Shown here: positions 58,555 through 64,000 of the stretch, in pieces
How positions within the stretch are numbered: the stretch's first letter is position 1
Layout: every line of letters starts with the position of its first letter
Source: an uncultured Pelagibacteraceae bacterium
Lineage (GTDB): Bacteria > Pseudomonadota > Alphaproteobacteria > Pelagibacterales > Pelagibacteraceae
Reading direction: 5' to 3'
NCBI GenBank assembly: GCA_902628495.1
Contig: CACONH010000004.1
Location: 2,305-66,304, forward strand
Length of the DNA stretch: 64,000 nucleotides
Position numbers and translations under genes: made by a program
Notes under the pieces: model-generated
Told to the model about the DNA's origin: nothing
Database searches by the model: none
What the model saw: the letters and a program-made list of their open reading frames with translations, nothing else

Positions 58555-60447
58555 TCACTTTTTAAGAATTTTATTTTTAATTAATTCTTCTGTTATCTCA
58601 GTCAAAATAGCAGGATCATCAATAGTTGCAGGCATTTTATAATCTTCTTTATCAGCAATTTTTCTTATTGTTCCTCTCAAAACTTTACCCGACCTTGTTT
58701 TTGGAAGCCTTTTTACGACTATTGCAATTTTAAATGCTGCGACTGGCCCAACTTTATCTCTTACCATTTGAATACACTCTTTTGAGATTTCTTCATTTTC
58801 TTTTGTAACCCCAGCTTTTAAAGCTATCAATCCAATTGGTAATTGTCCCTTTAGTTGATCTTTAATTCCAACAACTGCACATTCAGCAACTGACTGATGT
58901 TCAGATAATACTTCTTCAATTTGTCCTGTAGACAATCTGTGACCTGCAACATTTATTATATCGTCAGTTCTTGACATTATCCATATATAACCATCCTCAT
59001 CAATATGTCCTGCATCATAGGTTTGATAATATCCTTTGTAATTTGACATGTAGTTCTCCTCATATCTTTTATCTGCATTCCATAATGTTGGAAAAGTTCC
59101 TGGTGGCAAAGGTAATTTTACAACTATATCCCCCATCTCATTTGGTTTGGCTAAAGATTGATCTGGTTTAATAATTTTTACATCATAACCTGGAACAGCT
59201 TTACAGGCCGAACCATATTTTGTCTTTTGCATTTCAATTCCTGTACAATTTGAACTGATTGCCCAACTTGTTTCAGTTTGCCACCAATGATCAATAACAG
59301 GAACTTTCAGAAGGTTCTCAGCCCATTTTATAGTATCAGGATCTGCTCTCTCACCAGCTAGAAATAAAGACTCAAAAGAGCTTAAGTCATATTTAGAAAA
59401 AAATTTACCTTCCGGATCTTCTTTTTTAATGGCTCTAAAAGCAGTTGGTGCTGTAAATAAAGATTTAATTTTGTATTCAGATATTACTCTCCAAAATACA
59501 CCTGCATCTGGAGTTCCCACTGGCTTCCCTTCAAAAAGAACAGTCGTGCATCCTTTAAACAATGGAGCGTATACAATATAAGAGTGACCAACAATCCAAC
59601 CGATATCACTTGCTGACCACCACACGTCATCTGTATTTATATTATATATATTTTTCATAGTCCATTTTAGAGCAACTATGTGACCCCCGATATCTCTTAC
59701 GATACCTTTTGGTACTCCAGTCGTACCAGAAGTATATAGAATATATGCAAATTCGTTTGAGCCCATCTCTACACAATCTGTATCTTTGGCATTTGATAAG
59801 GACTCATCCCAACTTATTTCTAGCGGAGAATTAAGTTTAATTTCATGACCTTGTCTTTGAAAAAAAATAACCTTTTCCACTTTATGCTTTGCTAGTTTTA
59901 GTGCTCCATCCACAAGAGGCCTATATTCTACTGTTCGACCTGGTTCAAAACCGCATGAAGCAGTTACTAATACTTTCGCTTTGCTATCATCTATTCTGCT
60001 TGCAAGCTCATTTGATGCAAAACCACCAAAAACAACAGAGTGAATAGCTCCAACTCTACCGCAAGCTAGCATCGCAACAACAGCTTCAGGAACCATTGGC
60101 ATATAAATGATAACTCTATCTCCTTTTTTCACCCCTTGATTTGACAACGCACCTGCAAACTTAGATACTTTTTCTTTTAATTGTTTAAAAGAGAATTTTG
60201 CTTTGTTGCCTGTTATAGGACTGTCATAAATTAAGGCTGTTTTATCACCTTTACCTTCATCAATATGGATATCTAGAGCGTTGTAACAGCTATTTGTAAC
60301 TCCATCTTCAAACCACCTATAAAAAGGGGGTTTAGACTTGTTTAATATTTTTGTAGGCTTCTTAAACCAGAAAATATCATCTGAAATTTCTTTCCAAAAT
60401 TCTTCAGGATTACTTATAGATTTTTGGTATAAGTCCTTGAAATCCAT
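58555..60447 (-). CDS. prpE: Propionate-CoA ligase-like acyl-CoA synthetase (Acs/PrpE family)
   Basis: The N-terminus Y.KSI..PE.FW.......W..P......S.PPF.RWF.DG.TN.C.NA.D and the blocks YTSGTTG.PKG, SDIGW.VGHSYIVYAPL and IDDPA.L align better with my recollection of E. coli PrpE than of Acs. Confidence 0.8.
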   Translation of the reverse strand: MDFKDLYQKSISNPEEFWKEISDDIFWFKKPTKILNKSKPPFYRWFEDGVTNSCYNALDIHIDEGKGDKTALIYDSPITGNKAKFSFKQLKEKVSKFAGALSNQGVKKGDRVIIYMPMVPEAVVAMLACGRVGAIHSVVFGGFASNELASRIDDSKAKVLVTASCGFEPGRTVEYRPLVDGALKLAKHKVEKVIFFQRQGHEIKLNSPLEISWDESLSNAKDTDCVEMGSNEFAYILYTSGTTGVPKGIVRDIGGHIVALKWTMKNIYNINTDDVWWSASDIGWIVGHSYIVYAPLFKGCTTVLFEGKPVGTPDAGVFWRVISEYKIKSLFTAPTAFRAIKKEDPEGKFFSKYDLSSFESLFLAGERADPDTIKWAENLLKVPVIDHWWQTETSWAISSNCTGIEMQKTKYGSACKAVPGYDVKIIKPDQSLAKPNEMGDIVVKLPLPPGTFPTLWNADKRYEENYMSNYKGYYQTYDAGHIDEDGYIWIMSRTDDIINVAGHRLSTGQIEEVLSEHQSVAECAVVGIKDQLKGQLPIGLIALKAGVTKENEEISKECIQMVRDKVGPVAAFKIAIVVKRLPKTRSGKVLRGTIRKIADKEDYKMPATIDDPAILTEITEELIKNKILKK

Positions 60448-60616
60448 TTTTCTTAAAATTGATTCATAATTAGTTAAAATTGAGCTTTATGTATCTATAA
60501 GTTGTATTAAATTTCAAAAACCTAGCAAAATCAACAAAAATAGCTTTAAATTTATACTTCTAATACCCTTTTATATTTGATATTTAGACCCCAACTTTGG
60601 CTTTAATAAAAGCCGT

Positions 60617-60632
60617 AGTTTAAATTTAAACT
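60617..60632. promoter_or_regulatory. Perfect 16-bp palindrome AGTTTAAATTTAAACT in the proteorhodopsin leader, preceded by hairpin GGCTTT-AATA-AAAGCC (60599..60614)
   Basis: Read directly; the reverse complement equals the sequence itself. About 3 such palindromes are expected by chance in an AT-rich 64 kb, so functional status is open. Confidence 0.25.
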
Positions 60633-60662
60633 AAAAAAAACTAACTAAAGAGGGAGTTTTTT

Positions 60663-61427
60663 ATGAAAACAATGAAAATGTTAGCTTTAGTGCTAGTTCT
60701 TTTCGGAGCTACTACAGCAGCTAACTCTGCAACAGCCTTCTTAGCTACAGATGATTTCGTAGGTATTTCATTTTGGCTAATTTCAATGGGTATGTTGGCA
60801 GCTACAGCATTTTTCTTTATGGAGCAAGCAAACGTTGGTGCTCAGTGGAGAAAATCAGTAAACGTAGCTGGATTAGTAACAGGTATTGCATTTATCCACT
60901 ATATGTACATGAGAGCGGTTTGGGTTGAAACAGGTGATACTCCAACTGTTTACAGATACATCGATTGGTTAATTACTGTACCACTACAGTTAGTAGAATT
61001 TTATCTAATTCTATCTGCAGTTAAGAAAGTACCAACAGGAATATTCTGGAGAATTTTAATCGGTTCTTTAGTAATGTTAATTGGTGGTTATCTTGGAGAA
61101 GCAGGAATGATAAATGCTACTCTTGGTTTTGTAATCGGAATGGCTGGATGGATTTACATTTTATATGAAATCTTTTCTGGTGAAGCAGGTAAAGTTGCTG
61201 CTAAATCTGGTAACAAATCATTAGTGACAGCATTCAGCGCTTTAAGAATGATCGTTACTGTAGGTTGGGCTATTTATCCATTAGGTTATATCTTCGGATA
61301 CTTAACAGGTGGTGTAGACGCTAACTCACTAAACGTAATTTACAACTTAGCAGACTTTGTTAATAAGATCGCTTTTGGTATTATTATCTGGTCTTGTGCA
61401 GTTGCAAACTCTGGAAGAAGAGCATAA
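60663..61427 (+). CDS. Proteorhodopsin (light-driven proton pump), Gln at the spectral tuning site
   Basis: Signal peptide, 7 TM helices, RYIDWLITVPLQLVEFY (counterion Asp and donor Glu 11 residues apart), Schiff-base Lys in ADFVNKIAFG, and a strong SD AGAGGGAG. Confidence 0.97.
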   Translation: MKTMKMLALVLVLFGATTAANSATAFLATDDFVGISFWLISMGMLAATAFFFMEQANVGAQWRKSVNVAGLVTGIAFIHYMYMRAVWVETGDTPTVYRYIDWLITVPLQLVEFYLILSAVKKVPTGIFWRILIGSLVMLIGGYLGEAGMINATLGFVIGMAGWIYILYEIFSGEAGKVAAKSGNKSLVTAFSALRMIVTVGWAIYPLGYIFGYLTGGVDANSLNVIYNLADFVNKIAFGIIIWSCAVANSGRRA

Positions 61428-61456
61428 TAAGCTTTAACCGAGTTGAAATTTTAAAT

Positions 61457-61490
61457 AGGGCAAGTAGAAATACTTGCCCTATTTTTTTTT
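61457..61490 (+). terminator. Rho-independent terminator after proteorhodopsin
   Basis: AGGGCAAGTA-GAAA-TACTTGCCCT followed by A then T9. Confidence 0.8.
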
Positions 61491-61508
61491 ATACCTATAT
61501 ATAAATTA

Positions 61509-61829
61509 ATGACAAAAATTAAATACATAGAACATAATGGAAAAGAACACACGATTGATGTGCAGAATGGATTGACGGTGATGGAGGGGGCTATTCAAAA
61601 TGATATTCCTGGAATAGACGCTGATTGTGGAGGTAGTATGGCTTGTGCTACTTGCCACGTTTACGTTAATGATGAATGGTATAATAAGTTAGATGAAAAA
61701 ACTGAAGGTGAAGATGATATGATTGATCAAGCATACGATCCAAAAAAAAATAGTAGATTAAGTTGTCAAATAACAGTTTCTGAAAAAATTGAAGGGCTAG
61801 TAGTTCGTCTACCAGAAAAACAAGTTTAA
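61509..61829 (+). CDS. 2Fe-2S ferredoxin, adrenodoxin/putidaredoxin type
   Basis: [12 protein letters not shown] (C-x5-C-x2-C) plus a distal SRLSCQI Cys. 106 aa. Confidence 0.9.
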   Translation: MTKIKYIEHNGKEHTIDVQNGLTVMEGAIQNDIPGIDADCGGSMACATCHVYVNDEWYNKLDEKTEGEDDMIDQAYDPKKNSRLSCQITVSEKIEGLVVRLPEKQV

Positions 61830-62848
61830 TGATTAAAACAGATGCTTTAATAATTGGAGCAGGTCCAACAGGATTGTTCACTGCGCATCAATTAAAAATA
61901 ATTGGACTTGATTGCCAGATTGTAGATAATTTGGATAAAGCTGGAGGTCAGTGTATTGAACTTTATCCTGATAAACCTATTTATGATATCCCTGCAATAC
62001 CAGAATGCACTGGTGAAGAATTAACACAAAATTTAATGAAACAACTAGAGCCCTTTAATATTAAATATCATTTAAATGAAAGAGTTGATGAAGTTAAAAG
62101 AAAAGATGATAATTGGGAGGTAAAAACAAATAAAGGCACAGAATTTATTACACCAAATGTAATTATAGCAGGAGGCGTAGGTTCATTCGAACCCAGAAAA
62201 TTTCCTTTAAAAGAATGTGAACAATATGAGGATAAATCTATTTTTTATTCCATAAAAGATAAGAAAATATTTGAAGGCAAAACTGTAACAATTTTTGGAG
62301 GTGGAGATAGTGCTCTCGATTGGGCAGTAGAGTTATCAAAAAACTCAAAGATAAATCTAGTACATAGAAGAGATGAATTTAGAGGGGCAGAGGCAACAGT
62401 AAATAAGGTACACGAACTTGTTAAATCAGGTAAATTAAACCTTTACACAAAATGTCAAATTAGCAAGGTAAATGGTTCTAAAAAATTGGTAAGTGTTGAA
62501 ATAACTAATGAAAGTAAAGAAGTCAAAAGTTTAACCACTGACTTTGTGCTTGGATTCTTCGGATTAGTTATGCAGCTTGGGCCAATTGCAAATTGGGGAC
62601 TAAATCTTAATAAAAAAACTATTGAAGTAGATACGGAAAAATTTGAAACAAATCAAAAAGGCATATACGCCGTTGGTGATATATGTACTTACCCTGGCAA
62701 ATTGAAACTTATTTTATCTGGTTTTCATGAAGGTGCTTTAGCTGCAAGAGCTTGTTTTAAACTAGCAAGACCAAATGAAAAATATAGATTTGAATTCACT
62801 ACATCTTCCAAAACTATAAAAGATAGACTTGGTGTAAAAAGTGATTGA
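61829..62848 (+). CDS. Thioredoxin-reductase-like ferredoxin-NADP(+) reductase
   Basis: IIGAGPTGLF, GGQ...LYP.K.IYD, a second Rossmann GGGDSALDW, and AVGD. No CxxC redox pair is visible, as expected for TrxR-like FNR. Confidence 0.82.
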   Translation: MIKTDALIIGAGPTGLFTAHQLKIIGLDCQIVDNLDKAGGQCIELYPDKPIYDIPAIPECTGEELTQNLMKQLEPFNIKYHLNERVDEVKRKDDNWEVKTNKGTEFITPNVIIAGGVGSFEPRKFPLKECEQYEDKSIFYSIKDKKIFEGKTVTIFGGGDSALDWAVELSKNSKINLVHRRDEFRGAEATVNKVHELVKSGKLNLYTKCQISKVNGSKKLVSVEITNESKEVKSLTTDFVLGFFGLVMQLGPIANWGLNLNKKTIEVDTEKFETNQKGIYAVGDICTYPGKLKLILSGFHEGALAARACFKLARPNEKYRFEFTTSSKTIKDRLGVKSD

Positions 62849-63461
62849 GTTATATACCGCCAATACTCCCAACGGCAAAAAAATATCGATTATGCTAGAG
62901 GAAATTGGTTACGAATATATTGTGAATACAATTGATTTAAATAAAGGAGATCAATTTAATCCTGAGTTTAAAAAGATTAGTCCATTTAGCAAAATACCAG
63001 TAATTAAAGATCAAGATAATAATGAGGTAATTTTTGAGTCTGGAGCTATACTTATATATCTTGCTGAAAAGAGCGGAAAGTACTTTGATAATAAAAATAT
63101 TATTACACAATGGTTGATGGCCCAAATGGGGTATGTTGGGCCAATGCTAGGACAACATCATCAGTTTCATCATTATAATTCAGGTAAAAGTGAGTTTGGC
63201 GAAAAAAGATATTTTAAAATATCAACTTCAATTTATAAAAATTTAGATGAAAGATTATCAGTTTCTAAATATCTTGCAGGGGAACATTACACAATAGCAG
63301 ACATTGCAACCTTCCCATGGATTGCAAGACACGATTGGCACGATATAGGACTTAAAAATTACAAAAATCTTTGTAGATGGTATTTAGAAATTTCCGAAAG
63401 GGATGCTGTTATAAAGGGATACGATTATTTAAATAAAGGAGAAAAAATTCCAAAACCTTAA
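62841..63461 (+). CDS. Glutathione S-transferase (Nu-class/YfcG-like)
   Basis: GTG start. TPNG.K..I.LEE, KIP.I.D and ESGAIL.YLAEK, with an alpha-helical C-domain. Confidence 0.82.
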   Translation: MIELYTANTPNGKKISIMLEEIGYEYIVNTIDLNKGDQFNPEFKKISPFSKIPVIKDQDNNEVIFESGAILIYLAEKSGKYFDNKNIITQWLMAQMGYVGPMLGQHHQFHHYNSGKSEFGEKRYFKISTSIYKNLDERLSVSKYLAGEHYTIADIATFPWIARHDWHDIGLKNYKNLCRWYLEISERDAVIKGYDYLNKGEKIPKP

Positions 63462-63877
63462 ACATCATCTGCGTAAACTTTTTCCTCTTTTTCGTGTTTT
63501 TCCTGAGCAGCAATAGATAAAGTTGCAACTGGTCTAGCTATAAGTCTTTTAATACCAATCGGTTCTCCAGTCTCTTCACAAAACCCGTATGTCCCATCTT
63601 TAATCTTTCTTAAAGCCGAGTCTATTTTTGATATCAGTTTTATTTGTCTGTTGATTGCTCTCATTTCGACATTTTTATCTGTATATGAGCTTGCTTGATC
63701 AACAATATCTGCAGAGGTACTATTATCATCCATTGAACTATTATATAAAGCTTCATTATTTGATCTAACCAGATCTTTTTTCCAAGCTAATAGTTTATTT
63801 TTGAAAAACACTTTATGTTTTTCACACATGTATTTTTCTGATTCTTTTGGAACGTAAGTTTTAGAAATTCTAACCAT
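63458..63877 (-). CDS. dksA: RNA polymerase-binding transcription factor DksA (single-Cys, non-zinc-finger variant)
   Basis: Coiled-coil tip motif DIVDQAS (DxxDxA). The C-terminal YGFCEETGEPIGIKRLIARPVATLSIAAQE carries only one of the four E. coli zinc-ligand Cys. Confidence 0.9.
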   Translation of the reverse strand: MVRISKTYVPKESEKYMCEKHKVFFKNKLLAWKKDLVRSNNEALYNSSMDDNSTSADIVDQASSYTDKNVEMRAINRQIKLISKIDSALRKIKDGTYGFCEETGEPIGIKRLIARPVATLSIAAQEKHEKEEKVYADDV

Positions 63878-64000
63878 TATCTATTTAAAACGCTCGGAGT
63901 ATATTCAGCAAATAGGTAGTGTCAAGCAAGGTTTAATTGTATAAATTCAATTAAATGGCGATTTATAAAAAACAAATAAAAAATTTTTTTTATATTTTTT

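Noticed and set aside
60448-60662. A riboswitch or other known cis-regulatory RNA in the 215-nt spacer upstream of proteorhodopsin.
   Set aside because: I could recognise no conserved riboswitch core (TPP, SAM, glycine, cobalamin, FMN etc.). Only a short hairpin and a palindrome are present, and these are reported separately as a low-confidence regulatory candidate.

Overview
This is a strongly AT-rich, very gene-dense alphaproteobacterial chromosome segment. Most spacers are 0-60 nt, many co-directional genes overlap by 4 nt (ATGA), and six convergent gene pairs share or overlap their stop codons. Gene content and order look like a SAR11/Pelagibacterales genome.

Gene order, left to right:
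- A 5'-truncated rpoD.
- A ~6.3 kb extremely AT-rich surface-glycan cluster: a GT2 glycosyltransferase, a WecA/MraY-like initiating transferase, an unassignable 561-aa polytopic membrane protein, an FkbM methyltransferase broken at an A10 tract, gmd and fcl.
- An orphan 5S rRNA gene that abuts the cluster, followed within 9 nt by rpmJ.
- Core genes: a small Cox-IV-like ORF, pntAA-pntAB-pntB, transaldolase, initiator tRNA, rpsU, a TrcR-like gene, rpmE, suhB, efp, thiE, fba-pgk-gap-tkt, zauP-zapA, 5-FTHF cyclo-ligase, ymdB-like, yebC, a divergent ruvC-like gene, tolQ-tolR-tolA-tolB-pal-cpoB, tilS, ftsH, folP, glmM, thiD, purA, rpoH, rluD, tRNA-Arg(UCG), an ABC-2 exporter, tsaC, xseB-ispA-dxs, aroC, pdxH, ispB, an S49 peptidase, glyQ-glyS, ppdK, nadC-nadA, tRNA-Leu(GAG), a cupin, ygfZ and pyrC.
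- A two-gene glycosyl islet, then prpE.
- Proteorhodopsin with Gln at the spectral-tuning position, followed by 2Fe-2S ferredoxin, TrxR-like FNR, GST and dksA.

I found no transposase, integrase, CRISPR array, toxin-antitoxin pair or recognisable defence gene, and I cannot honestly point to a clear novel multi-gene system.

The observations most worth follow-up are:
- The homopolymer-interrupted FkbM gene, plus long A/T tracts at the 5' ends of neighbouring glycan genes. These could be contingency loci or targets of transcriptional slippage.
- The unassignable 561-aa membrane protein.
- The 5S rRNA gene with its own promoter-like element, apparently fused transcriptionally to rpmJ.
- The near-absence of space for terminators at convergent gene ends.

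All family assignments come from reading motifs in the supplied translations, not from database searches.
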